A DNA stretch of 64,000 nucleotides, taken from IMG/VR virus record IMGVR_UViG_3300008261_000001, positions 1-64,000 of that record; one strand, 5' to 3'. A model generated the notes under the pieces. The model saw only the letters and a program-made list of their open reading frames with translations. It made no database searches and was not told the DNA's origin. A program made the position numbers and the translations under genes. Of this stretch, positions 18,367-28,000 are shown in pieces (positions within the stretch are counted from its first letter, which is position 1; the number at the start of each line of letters is the position of its first letter).

Positions 18367-20643
18367 ATGACCTCAAGTGACTTAATGAGAGAACGCCTTG
18401 AGTTCGAGAGTAGAAATCAAGGTTGGTCGGCTTTGTCATTGGGCATAGCGATTGTATTGGAAATCCATTGGGAGGAGTTTAGGTGTACCTTACAGATCCT
18501 TCATGGTGCTGGGGCGGATACGACCATGAACGGAGTAGAACTGATGATGCCGTCTATGGGCAACAGGCACTTTTTAGGTGGTATCCCTGAGCGTGGGGAC
18601 AAGTGCGTAGTGGGTTGGTTTGCAACGGAAACCAAAGGAGACTCGTCACAGAAAACGCCTGCGATTTTAGCGTGGTTACCAGCTTCGAGCTACTTGGGGC
18701 ATGAGTGGATACCTGTGCAAGGAATAACGCCCGATGAAGGGCTTATGGGCAATCTAAAAGATCGCCAAAAGATACGCTCGTTTTATCAACGCATACGCCA
18801 CAAGCTCAAGCACTACAACGCGGGCAACATAGGGGCTTCTTCTTCACAAGGGGCTGACCTATTGCTCGATGAGAGTGTTCATTTATCCAATAGACGCTCC
18901 AATGAAATCATCTTAAGGGATCAAGACCAAGCCATCGTGTTTAGGTCTTTACAGCAGTTTCATGCTCTCTCTGGTGCGAGGGTCTATGGGGGCATGGTTC
19001 AACGCGATGCTAGGCTTCTGCCAAAGGAGATGTTCTCGGACGGATTAAAGTGGGACTCGGCAGTACAGCTAGATGAAAATGGAAACCCATTTATCCCCAC
19101 AGAGGAAAACAAGCTAGGTTTTGGAAAACTAGAGCCTCACCCATTGTTCAATAGGGGGGGTGATTCTCATGTAGACCTAGAGGGTGACTTCGTCTTATCC
19201 AATACGCTATTTGAGGCAGATTCACCGAATGGGAGTATTCCGACTGCTATAGACCCTTACAGATTTCTGTACAGGGCAGGTTTAGTTTCGGATAGTTTTG
19301 GGGACACAACGGATAACTACAAGGGTGAAGTTTATGGGGGCAAGTCGATTCTTAGAGTGGGGGACGCTTATGACGAGAACGCTGTTTTAACGGGTAATGC
19401 TTTCACGGAGTACAGAATAGAGGTATCACACACAACCGATGGAACATTACCTGTAACAGAGCAAACTGATGGTTTCGACAGCGACCGCTTGCCCGAGGTT
19501 CGTGGTGGCTCAGACAAAGCTCCATTTATTGAGTGGGTTATTGGAACACCCGTAGGTAATGACCCTTATTCAACGCTAGGACAAGAGTCCTATGGGTTGC
19601 CATTAGTGCCTGAGATAAACGGTGCTATAGGGCTGATTAAAGGGGCTTTACAAGCGACCCCTTTGGTAGACCATGCAGCGACTTTACTCAGAGTGAAGCC
19701 TATAGTTGAGTCGATAGAGGATAGCTTCATTACGCTCACAAAAGGGGGTAAGTTCAAGGCTTACATCTCATCCCCTCAAGCCGACTCGGTTCAAGTTTTA
19801 TCCAAAGGGGGTGTGTCTCTTAATGCCAACCTCGGTGTAGAGGTTAAAGCACCTCGTGTGTCTTTAGATGGGAGTGAGAGAGTCGAGGTATCTGGTGGTG
19901 TTATAAACATATCGGCTAACGGTACAGATATCCAAAATGGGCAAGAGTTTTCTTTGTCTATTTTGGGCAAGAAGCGTGTAAGTATTCAAAGTAGCGTGGC
20001 GGTGGAAATAAAAGCTCCCGTAGTGGATTTCTCCAACGCGGGGGAAATAAGACTAGCAAGTCAGAGTCAGCTATCTTTGAACACCGGAGCGGGTATGGAG
20101 TTATCCGCTCAGTCCATGAAGCAAGTGGCATTGGGTGAGTACAATCTGGTGGTGTCTGGACCAACGAACTTCAACACCCCTCAAGGGGCATCGAGGTCAG
20201 TCACCATAGCTTCGAACCCAGCAAGTGGAAGCGTAGGACCTTCGGATAAGTACACAAATGTGTTTGGTGGTCGTAGTGAAACATACTTGGGGGTGACGAC
20301 CAACACTAAAACTATCCTATCCGGAACAGAAACGAAAACCATAGCTGTTGGCTCCGATACGACTATCGTGGGTACAAACACCCAAGTGATTGACCCTACA
20401 GGTTTCAAGTTCTTAGCCCCTAGCGGTGGCGTTGTTGTACAAGCAGGCTTGGTAGTTTCAGTTAACGCACCATCAGTTGTGGTCACAGGTACAGCAAGTG
20501 TAGTTGTGTCCGCACCATCTATTCTGTTGTCGTCACCAGGTGCTTCTTTTGGTCCTATTGTGTGTGGCTCAGATATACACCCCATACTCGGTGTACCATT
20601 CTCTACCTTCTGCCCACCTAGAGGACAGAACCTCTCTACATAA
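18367..20643 (+). CDS. Putative baseplate central spike (gp5/gpV-like)
   Basis: N-terminal OB-like GGIPERGDKCVVGW; C-terminal Ser/Val/Gly beta-helix-like periodicity; follows the hub. Confidence 0.65.
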   Translation: MTSSDLMRERLEFESRNQGWSALSLGIAIVLEIHWEEFRCTLQILHGAGADTTMNGVELMMPSMGNRHFLGGIPERGDKCVVGWFATETKGDSSQKTPAILAWLPASSYLGHEWIPVQGITPDEGLMGNLKDRQKIRSFYQRIRHKLKHYNAGNIGASSSQGADLLLDESVHLSNRRSNEIILRDQDQAIVFRSLQQFHALSGARVYGGMVQRDARLLPKEMFSDGLKWDSAVQLDENGNPFIPTEENKLGFGKLEPHPLFNRGGDSHVDLEGDFVLSNTLFEADSPNGSIPTAIDPYRFLYRAGLVSDSFGDTTDNYKGEVYGGKSILRVGDAYDENAVLTGNAFTEYRIEVSHTTDGTLPVTEQTDGFDSDRLPEVRGGSDKAPFIEWVIGTPVGNDPYSTLGQESYGLPLVPEINGAIGLIKGALQATPLVDHAATLLRVKPIVESIEDSFITLTKGGKFKAYISSPQADSVQVLSKGGVSLNANLGVEVKAPRVSLDGSERVEVSGGVINISANGTDIQNGQEFSLSILGKKRVSIQSSVAVEIKAPVVDFSNAGEIRLASQSQLSLNTGAGMELSAQSMKQVALGEYNLVVSGPTNFNTPQGASRSVTIASNPASGSVGPSDKYTNVFGGRSETYLGVTTNTKTILSGTETKTIAVGSDTTIVGTNTQVIDPTGFKFLAPSGGVVVQAGLVVSVNAPSVVVTGTASVVVSAPSILLSSPGASFGPIVCGSDIHPILGVPFSTFCPPRGQNLST

Positions 20644-21092
20644 TGGATAACCACATGAGACTTTATTACTTTGCCTACGGTTCAAACCTCAACCAAGAAC
20701 AGATGGCTGATAGGTGTCCCACAGGGAGATTTCATAAGTTCGCGGTGCTCGGTGGATATTCACTTTGCTTTAGGGGGTACAGCCACAAGAGAAACGGAGC
20801 TGTAGCGTCCGTACAGAAAGACGAGAAGTCTTATGTGGAGGGTGTCCTCTACAACATATCCTTAGACGACCTCAAGCTATTGGATAAGTTCGAGGGTTAT
20901 CCAATGTCTTATATGCGTTCGAGCATGGACATCATTACGGATAGTGGCGGACTTGTTAAAGCTCTTGTGTACTTCAAAGAGGATAGCGAGCCTTTGGGGA
21001 TACCCTCGGCTGAGTACTTGGAAATCATCACCAAGTACTACTACCGCTATGGGTTCTCTTTAGAGAACCTAAGGAAATCCTTAACTCTTTAA
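20643..21092 (+). CDS. Gamma-glutamylcyclotransferase (AIG2-like) family protein
   Basis: YFAYGSNL...VEGVLY...LDKFEGYP..Y signature. Confidence 0.92.
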   Translation: MDNHMRLYYFAYGSNLNQEQMADRCPTGRFHKFAVLGGYSLCFRGYSHKRNGAVASVQKDEKSYVEGVLYNISLDDLKLLDKFEGYPMSYMRSSMDIITDSGGLVKALVYFKEDSEPLGIPSAEYLEIITKYYYRYGFSLENLRKSLTL

Positions 21093-21133
21093 TACAACGC
21101 ACTCCTAGAGAAGTATCCAATAAGGAGCAGAAT

Positions 21134-21505
21134 ATGAGAAGGCTATCATCACCAAATGTAGCTAATGCGGAGACCGCTTGGCAGAACAACAGAAGGACTT
21201 TCCTAAAGGACACCATATCGGTTATAGCGGATAGGTTATTAGACGAGGGTGTGGGGTTCATTAAAGATGAAAACCATCGCGTAGGGAGATTGAACGATGA
21301 CAGGCTTCGTATAGCGTTGTACGATGTATTAGATGACAGAGGGGAAGGTTGGAAAGATTATTTATCTTTAGGGCAAGAGGCGTACAATCAGTTTAATGTG
21401 GGTCTTGCGGTTTTCCGTTCAAAGATAGAGAAAAGCAGATTTAGGATAGAGGAAGTGGTATCCCCTACAACGGGAGTTCATGGTTGGAAGATTACTCGCT
21501 TATAG
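21134..21505 (+). CDS. Hypothetical protein, 123 aa
   Basis: AAGGAG RBS; begins MRRLSS like the protein at 45006..45434. Confidence 0.7.
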   Translation: MRRLSSPNVANAETAWQNNRRTFLKDTISVIADRLLDEGVGFIKDENHRVGRLNDDRLRIALYDVLDDRGEGWKDYLSLGQEAYNQFNVGLAVFRSKIEKSRFRIEEVVSPTTGVHGWKITRL

Positions 21506-21517
21506 TTCATTTATAGA

Positions 21518-21565
21518 CCGAGATAGGGATAGGTTGAGAAACCCTTAACCCAACCCCTATCTCGG
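21518..21565 (+). other. Long hairpin upstream of gene (copy 1)
   Basis: CCGAGATAGGG...CCCTATCTCGG 11-bp stem. Confidence 0.8.
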
Positions 21566-21575
21566 AGTAAGTAAG

Positions 21576-21941
21576 ATGAGAACAGCAAGCGAAGTTGTAA
21601 GAAGCCTTGAGCAGAGGATTGCTCGCCTTGAAAGACAATCCAGTATCTTGGGTAAGACCTGTGTGATTGAGAAAATGTATAGGGGAGGCAGAGAAGGTGA
21701 GAGGGGTGAAGCCGTTCTTAATTGTAATGGAGTTAAGCTGTCCATAAAGTTCGACCTTTATGGTTATTCGACGGTGATTGGAAATGACCAACACTTGGAA
21801 AGTACAGGGGCGTTGGGACTCTTAGACAATCTTAAGATGGAGTATGGTGTGCCTAAAATCAAAGAGTTCATCGCTAAATGTATTGCGATAGCAGGTAGAG
21901 AAGGTATGACTCTTGACGAGTGTATCAAAATCGCCCGATAA
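21576..21941 (+). CDS. Hypothetical protein with RTASEV..LE.RIARLE leader
   Basis: N-terminal about 20 aa shared with the next gene; remainder unrelated. Confidence 0.8.
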   Translation: MRTASEVVRSLEQRIARLERQSSILGKTCVIEKMYRGGREGERGEAVLNCNGVKLSIKFDLYGYSTVIGNDQHLESTGALGLLDNLKMEYGVPKIKEFIAKCIAIAGREGMTLDECIKIAR

Positions 21942-21961
21942 ACAGATGCCTTGTTTATTTA

Positions 21962-22017
21962 TACTCCGAGATGGGGGATAGGTTTTAACCCTTAACCCAA
22001 CCCCTATCTCGGAGTAA
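21962..22017 (+). other. Long hairpin upstream of gene (copy 2)
   Basis: TACTCCGAGATGGGGG...CCCCTATCTCGGAGTA, about 16-bp stem; loop nearly identical to copy 1. Confidence 0.8.
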
Positions 22018-22021
22018 TGAC

Positions 22022-22627
22022 ATGAGAAGAACAGCAAGCGAAGTTTTACAGGAGCTTGAGACAAGAGTTGCCCGCCTTGAGAGGAAGGCTTGGAACCCCT
22101 TCAAGAAAAAAGAGGCACCCGTTGCCCCCGTGGAAGAGAAAGGGGCGTGGTCTACAAGCTATCCAGCTTTGGATTTGGGCTACAAAGGTCACACAAAAGA
22201 GGTGGTTCAGATGGGTCTTAATAACCTTGTCTATTCGGGCGATGAGGAAACCGTTGGGGATGTGGTTAAAATACACCTGCGTGATATGCACGGAACCACC
22301 TATGTGGAGGGAGCCTCAGCAGGGGACTACTATCGAAGGAATCTTAATGTGGATATAAAGAAAGTATCCGTAAGGTCTGTTTGGCTAGAAGAAAAGTCTA
22401 GCCGAAAGATAGATCTAGCTGTAGTGTTAGATGTGGTTTACGGTGATGTTTCACACCGAATGATGGATGGCGACACCTGGACGGATAGTCATGGGGGTAA
22501 GGGTACATTAGTGTCCTCCATAGGTGGTGTGATCTATATGTTCGAGGGACACGAATCGGATGACATTGCGATCAAGTATCTGCAAAAAAAGGAAGGCAAT
22601 AAGTACTTCAAGCTCTGGGGTAAGTGA
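22022..22627 (+). CDS. Hypothetical protein with RTASEV..LE.RVARLE leader
   Basis: As for 21576..21941. Confidence 0.8.
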   Translation: MRRTASEVLQELETRVARLERKAWNPFKKKEAPVAPVEEKGAWSTSYPALDLGYKGHTKEVVQMGLNNLVYSGDEETVGDVVKIHLRDMHGTTYVEGASAGDYYRRNLNVDIKKVSVRSVWLEEKSSRKIDLAVVLDVVYGDVSHRMMDGDTWTDSHGGKGTLVSSIGGVIYMFEGHESDDIAIKYLQKKEGNKYFKLWGK

Positions 22628-23362
22628 TTAGAGTCCTAGTTCTTTCTTGATCGCCTTATAAGCCACAACATCAGCTAGGGTGGGGATAACTCCGTCTCTT
22701 GCCTTTAGACCGAGGTCTTTTATTGTGTCCATAGCTTCCTCGTCACCCATTCTGCGGGCGAGGACATACATCTGACGCAGTTCATCTACAGGTAAAGGGC
22801 GAGTCAAGATGGGGTCTACACGCTTAGACCTTGAGGTGGCTTTTTGAGCGTCTAGTAAGTACTGCTCTTGTCCATCCCATAAAACACCACCTTCCTCTAG
22901 GGTGTTTCTCATCTCGACCATACGAGGGTTGCTACCTCCTGCTGGGATAGAGTCAATAACGGCTAACCACTTAGCTTTATAGCCCGCTCGGTCAGCTATC
23001 TTTTCGTAAAATCCTGGATTCTTGTTATACACGCCTATCCAATGCCCTACGCCCTCTTTCCAAGTCTTCCTCCAGTTTGTGGTGCGTTGGAAGTGCTTGC
23101 GGTCTCTATCCTTTGTGTTCAAGTTCGATCCGTCCACAAGGCTAACGAGATTTAGGTTCATGCTCGCTTGCCCATGACCCATGCTCGTACCTGTGGACTT
23201 CTGTGTCGAACTCAGCTTTACACCCACATTATCGGATAGCTGAATATAGTACACGCCAGCAGTACCGACCGCCTTCTTCCATCTAGAGAAGTTAGTGTCT
23301 AGCCAATCCTCTAGGTCTTGTACAGATATGTCCACATAGCTCATGGAGTAAAGGTTCCTCAT
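22628..23362 (-). CDS. Hypothetical protein, 244 aa
   Basis: Long ORF with AAGGGAG RBS, convergent with the previous gene. Confidence 0.8.
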   Translation of the reverse strand: MRNLYSMSYVDISVQDLEDWLDTNFSRWKKAVGTAGVYYIQLSDNVGVKLSSTQKSTGTSMGHGQASMNLNLVSLVDGSNLNTKDRDRKHFQRTTNWRKTWKEGVGHWIGVYNKNPGFYEKIADRAGYKAKWLAVIDSIPAGGSNPRMVEMRNTLEEGGVLWDGQEQYLLDAQKATSRSKRVDPILTRPLPVDELRQMYVLARRMGDEEAMDTIKDLGLKARDGVIPTLADVVAYKAIKKELGL

Positions 23363-23418
23363 TTGCGTCTCCCTTAAGGTTAGTCGCCTTAAGGAAGGAC
23401 ATAAAAGACTTATTGTTG

Positions 23419-23631
23419 TTACTTATCCGAGACTTTGTATGAGGCGATTACCTTGTCTTGGTCTTCGTCATACACATCTATTTGGTTATAGTTAGGCTCA
23501 AGAGAGCCGAAAAGAAAACCACTGCGAGTGACGAGTTCTATTTCACCGTCCAAGTACACATCACACTTGCGTTGTAGCTCCATCAAGCCCTTTAAGAACT
23601 GATTAAGGTTTTCTTTCATCTCTGCGTTCAT
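23419..23631 (-). CDS. Small hypothetical protein
   Basis: Start moved to ATG 23631 (MNAEMKENL). Confidence 0.6.
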   Translation of the reverse strand: MNAEMKENLNQFLKGLMELQRKCDVYLDGEIELVTRSGFLFGSLEPNYNQIDVYDEDQDKVIASYKVSDK

Positions 23632-23645
23632 CTGTCTTCTCTTGG

Positions 23646-23966
23646 TTATGTGGGGTGGTTGTTTTCGTACCAAAGCCTACGAGCTTCGGTTAGAACATCT
23701 TCCATCGAGTCGAGCAAATACTCGACATCGTAAGTGATGTGTACATTACCATAATCAAGTCGAAAAGAAGTTTCCTTGAAATGGATAGACCCTTGCTCAC
23801 CGAGGAGCAAGAAGGAGAGTTGGTTTATCTGAGGGTTGTAATCAACCTCCATTTCGGTTAAAAACTCCTCCCAGTATGTTTGGATTTCATCCGAGTTCTG
23901 GGCGTAGACCAAAAGGTCAACATCGACATGGGTCTCCGCCCCTATCTTATGAGTGAACACCCTCAA
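23646..23966 (-). CDS. Small hypothetical protein, possibly a distant family A member
   Basis: GAAGGAGG RBS; ends EARRLW. Confidence 0.65.
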   Translation of the reverse strand: MRVFTHKIGAETHVDVDLLVYAQNSDEIQTYWEEFLTEMEVDYNPQINQLSFLLLGEQGSIHFKETSFRLDYGNVHITYDVEYLLDSMEDVLTEARRLWYENNHPT

Positions 23967-24186
23967 CCTCCTTCAGCATAAGAGTGAGGTAGATTTTCCC
24001 CAAGTCCTGATCGAGGAACACAACCTGCCAGTCCTCTACCTTAGAGGCGATCTCAAGGCATAACTCATCACCCTTAATGACCCACACCATGTCAGTGGGC
24101 AGAAAATCCGATGAATATGTGTCATAGTCATAAGGGTCGGGCTTGCCACCACCCAAGAACTTACTGAAAACTGAAAGGTGAACCAT
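23947..24186 (-). CDS. Small hypothetical protein
   Basis: AGGAGG before ATG 24186; directly downstream of a promoter cassette. Confidence 0.7.
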   Translation of the reverse strand: MVHLSVFSKFLGGGKPDPYDYDTYSSDFLPTDMVWVIKGDELCLEIASKVEDWQVVFLDQDLGKIYLTLMLKEVEGVHS

Positions 24187-24223
24187 CTGAGCCTCCTGTG
24201 CTGTGTTTGGTTTCCACCCCCCT

Positions 24224-24252
24224 CTAATAAGAGCGACCCACACTTGGGATAA
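24224..24252 (-). promoter_or_regulatory. Promoter-like cassette TTATCC-N17-TATTAG
   Basis: Conserved boxes with 17-nt spacer; points into ORF 24186. Confidence 0.75.
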
Positions 24253-24394
24253 TAATAAATGAATAAAATAGATCTGTGTTTACTGATGGGGAGCTTTTAC
24301 ACGCTCCTATTAACAAATGGAAACCCAAACAAGACACCTGTGTTTCTTGCTGTGACAAGTACCTTGTTTTTCTTCACTTGGTTGTTCGGTGAGC

Positions 24395-25339
24395 TTATCC
24401 AATAGCCGTGTACTTCTCTTCTCCTGTGGGTGCATCGTCCACGAGGGACTTGTAGTAAGAGTCTTTTGTTGTTAAACGGGGCTTAGAGAAATCTGGTGCT
24501 GTGGGCGTGTCTTCTAAGGGGAAGTAGAAGTTCAAGTCGATATTCGAGACTATCTTGGATAAGTGGTTCTCAGGTAGAGCCTCTGTAGGGTCGTAGTCTG
24601 GGTAATACAGTGTTACGCCTTGTATGGCTGTCTTGAGTATCTCGTCACGCTCTAGGAGCAGTTGCTCCCTCAAGTCGCACAGCTTGAGGATCCTCCCTTC
24701 CAAGTTATTCCTCAGTTGAGAGATTTCTTGGGTTATCCATTTTCTAGCCTCTGTGGTGATGTTTCCAATCTCGTCTGCTCTGGGGTAGATGTTTTGGTTA
24801 TTCCCACCGAGCTTGCGGGCAGGGTATCTCCAAAGGGGAAGCCAACCTGCGGTTTCAACCCCTTTAAAGTCCTCTTCTTTCTGTGGGAGTTGTGCCACCA
24901 CGCCTCCATAGGGCTGAGAGGGATTCAAGATGGTTTGATCTTCAAGCACGACAGAGCCGTTGGGTATATCCAATAGCTCATAGGAGTCTGGCTGTAAGAA
25001 CATGGATATATCGAAGGGGTTTCCACCTTGAGCGATGTAAGCCATAATGAGCTTCCCCAACGACGACGAGGCATCTACCTCTAGTCCTATGCGTCTTTCG
25101 GTGACTTGTAAGAACTGAGGGCTGATGTCCCAAGCACCTGAATCACGAGCTTGTTTGATGGCATCAGGTATCTGAGCCTCGTTGGGCTTGTGATAAAGCA
25201 CCTTTACATTTCCGATATTGGATAACTCCGAGTTAATAACCCTTATGCGTGAGTCCACATTTTTGCGTTGGAGTAGGGCAAATCTTCTGAACTCCAACCA
25301 TGCCCCCCTACGAAACATACAGTTCCAACCGAAGCTCAT
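24395..25339 (-). CDS. Hypothetical protein, probable virion component
   Basis: 314 aa; last gene of a tightly coupled leftward operon. Confidence 0.7.
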   Translation of the reverse strand: MSFGWNCMFRRGAWLEFRRFALLQRKNVDSRIRVINSELSNIGNVKVLYHKPNEAQIPDAIKQARDSGAWDISPQFLQVTERRIGLEVDASSSLGKLIMAYIAQGGNPFDISMFLQPDSYELLDIPNGSVVLEDQTILNPSQPYGGVVAQLPQKEEDFKGVETAGWLPLWRYPARKLGGNNQNIYPRADEIGNITTEARKWITQEISQLRNNLEGRILKLCDLREQLLLERDEILKTAIQGVTLYYPDYDPTEALPENHLSKIVSNIDLNFYFPLEDTPTAPDFSKPRLTTKDSYYKSLVDDAPTGEEKYTAIG

Positions 25340-27753
25340 TATTCACCTCCTATGATGGCGATAAAGAAATCTACGAGTAGAGAGGGCAATCCACCGAGTA
25401 CGATCATTCCACCTGCTCCATAACCCCCCACGATGTTGGGCTTGTTTTTAGCGGATAAGAAGGCGTTCGTAGCGTCTGTTGTTCCATTACCTGTGAAGGG
25501 CAACACATAAAGACCCGCAGGAAACCTAAAAGACAAAATCGCATCTAGCACAGCCTTAATCCTCGACAAAATCCTCTGAATCTCAGCTATCCTATTTTTG
25601 ATCTGAGCGATGTACTTTTTGATGGTCTCCACAATGCCAGCTAGTCCTGCCGATAAAGCACTCGCGTAATCGTTAAGATCATCGAGTACATCTATTACAC
25701 CTGACAGCCCTACAAAATCCCCCAACCTAAGGTTCAACCATTGACCCACAGGCTTTTCCTTAGGCACCACAATGGATAGAACAGCCAAAGCACTCTCACA
25801 CAATGGAGCTACACCTTGAGTTTGTGCTACCGCCCTCGCATAAAATTGCGTAGGGGTGATTGGGTTTCTCACGAACTCTCTGAGGGTGCCGTTGGAGCAG
25901 TAAACAATAGGGGCTGACTCCAAACCCCTTATATCTGTTACTTTTACGACAGCTTTGTTAGGGGGTGCTAAATCTACGGATAAAGCACCCACTGTCTGTT
26001 CGGTCGTTCTTTCTACAATCGGTACACCCAAAACAACTTGGTTTTGGAGATTGCTCTCTAGTTCCCCCACATAACTCGTGTTGTTGTCCTTGTAGAACTG
26101 CTCTAGACCGCTCTTTCTCCCTATGCCATCGGCTGTAGAACCACTCGTCAGTGCATTGGACATAAAGCTATAAAATGGGATGTGATCTTTATTTTTATTG
26201 TTGAGGGCATCTATGTGTGCTTTTATTCCGACCAACAAGCTATCGGATGGGGATGCTGGTACTAACTCCCCTATTGCTCTGTCTATCGCGTCTTTTAAGG
26301 ATTTGGTCGTCTGTATTTTATTATCATTGGATAGTAGCCCCACACTGAAAAACTTTGCAATTTGTCGAGCTTGGTACTCACTCGTCTGCAAACCTAAGAA
26401 ATCTCTAGCCTCCTTTTTATCCAATCTACAAAGCACAAAAAGGCTCAGAGCTTCTCGTAAGGCACTTACATAGAGGAGCTTTGTATCGCTGTCTACCTTT
26501 GGGATAGAAACAGAGTTTGAGGGGAGGCTTAGGTTGTTCGGTGTAATGTTTATGCGTTTAACAGGCTTCAAGTCTGCTTTAAGAAGCCTAGTCGCACATT
26601 TTCCGTCATAAGCGTTGTCTCCCTCTAAATCTCTCAAGTCTGCTTCTAGAAGTGTGGTTTCTGTACAACTCCTAACGGATACCACATACCCACCGTCACC
26701 CTCTGTGGGTAAAGCCTCAAAAGGAATGTCTATGGCGTAAGAGGTTGGACCAAATAACTGCCCTAGTACGCTCTGTGGCTGTATGAAGTATGTCCTATGT
26801 GTCTGATGATAAGTATCTAAGCTATCGGTTATGTTTCCGTCTTGATCCCTTAAATAAACCTTATTGACCCCACTGCCAACAGGAATATCTAATATGCCTA
26901 ATAGATCAGAGGAGGCATCCAATCTGACATCGGCAGGGTCTTGTAAGACACCCTCGTAAAGCTCCGTAGGGCTTGAGGTTGACGAGGTCTGAGCTACCTT
27001 AAAATGGATAGTTTGTTTCTTGGTGGTGGTTTTCACGGAAACGATGAATAAGGGAGGGGGGCTTGCTACGCCTGTTAGATTAACGGATGGGTACTCCCAA
27101 GTGAGGCGAATGCCTGAGGGTTTATTGTCGAGGTCTATGGAGGCTGGATTAAGCTCTGTATGTGCGACTCCGAACTTTTGGTAATACTTTGCGTTTACAC
27201 TAGATGGAGCCCTTAAAGAGTTCTGTTGTGGAGAGACACCGAATAAACCGAACAAGTCGGTCAAGGTTTTGATAAGCCTATTTATGCCTGATGTGTCGGC
27301 ACCCCCAAAAAATGCCAACCCAAACACGCTCGTGTTGGAAGAGAAATCTGGTCTCGATAAGTCTTTTCTATCCAATAGCTTTTGGGAGGTTCGAGTTTCG
27401 AACGCTGGGTAACCTCCCCTCAGCCCCAAAAGGGGGTCTGAGAACAAATCATAGTCCCAAGTGAAATATATACCCGCTGACTTTAAGTCCCTTATCAACC
27501 CCTCCAATAACGCTATAAGAGCGTCTATGGCTAGTTTGATGGGCTGACTTATGTCTATAAGCAAAGAGGACACAAAGTCCAATATGCTCTCTAAAATACC
27601 CAGACCTGTATTTATGAGTGTAAAGGCAGGGTCGGTGGTCTGCTTGACTTGATCTAAGAAGTCATAGACCGAGTTTTCTTTAGGGACTTGTACACCCCCC
27701 CATTGGTTAATCGTTGGTGGGGCTGAAAAATCAGTGGGTTTAGGGTCTGCCAC
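25339..27753 (-). CDS. Hypothetical protein, 804 aa, probable virion/baseplate component
   Basis: Long coupled ORF with a central beta-rich region; function inferred from context only. Confidence 0.7.
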   Translation of the reverse strand: MADPKPTDFSAPPTINQWGGVQVPKENSVYDFLDQVKQTTDPAFTLINTGLGILESILDFVSSLLIDISQPIKLAIDALIALLEGLIRDLKSAGIYFTWDYDLFSDPLLGLRGGYPAFETRTSQKLLDRKDLSRPDFSSNTSVFGLAFFGGADTSGINRLIKTLTDLFGLFGVSPQQNSLRAPSSVNAKYYQKFGVAHTELNPASIDLDNKPSGIRLTWEYPSVNLTGVASPPPLFIVSVKTTTKKQTIHFKVAQTSSTSSPTELYEGVLQDPADVRLDASSDLLGILDIPVGSGVNKVYLRDQDGNITDSLDTYHQTHRTYFIQPQSVLGQLFGPTSYAIDIPFEALPTEGDGGYVVSVRSCTETTLLEADLRDLEGDNAYDGKCATRLLKADLKPVKRINITPNNLSLPSNSVSIPKVDSDTKLLYVSALREALSLFVLCRLDKKEARDFLGLQTSEYQARQIAKFFSVGLLSNDNKIQTTKSLKDAIDRAIGELVPASPSDSLLVGIKAHIDALNNKNKDHIPFYSFMSNALTSGSTADGIGRKSGLEQFYKDNNTSYVGELESNLQNQVVLGVPIVERTTEQTVGALSVDLAPPNKAVVKVTDIRGLESAPIVYCSNGTLREFVRNPITPTQFYARAVAQTQGVAPLCESALAVLSIVVPKEKPVGQWLNLRLGDFVGLSGVIDVLDDLNDYASALSAGLAGIVETIKKYIAQIKNRIAEIQRILSRIKAVLDAILSFRFPAGLYVLPFTGNGTTDATNAFLSAKNKPNIVGGYGAGGMIVLGGLPSLLVDFFIAIIGGE

Positions 27754-27955
27754 GATTGTCTCCCTTTCGCCTGCTCTGTTGCACTTGAGCCTTTAAGAGT
27801 TCTTGCTCTAAATGGGTTAGCTTCGATTGCTCTTTCAACAACTCCCCCTCAAAGTGCTTCTGTAGCTCCTCCAAATACGACACCATCTGCGATAAAGGGT
27901 TAACCCCATCCGCAGATGGCTTTATATCCTCTGTCTTTTTCCAATCGTTAGCCAT
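27740..27955 (-). CDS. Small coiled-coil protein
   Basis: GGGAG RBS before ATG 27955; heptad-like Leu/Glu/Gln. Confidence 0.65.
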   Translation of the reverse strand: MANDWKKTEDIKPSADGVNPLSQMVSYLEELQKHFEGELLKEQSKLTHLEQELLKAQVQQSRRKGDNRGRP

Positions 27956-28000
27956 GTGAATCACTCCCCTCTTTGTCTTAGGTGTTGGGTGTTAAATAAC

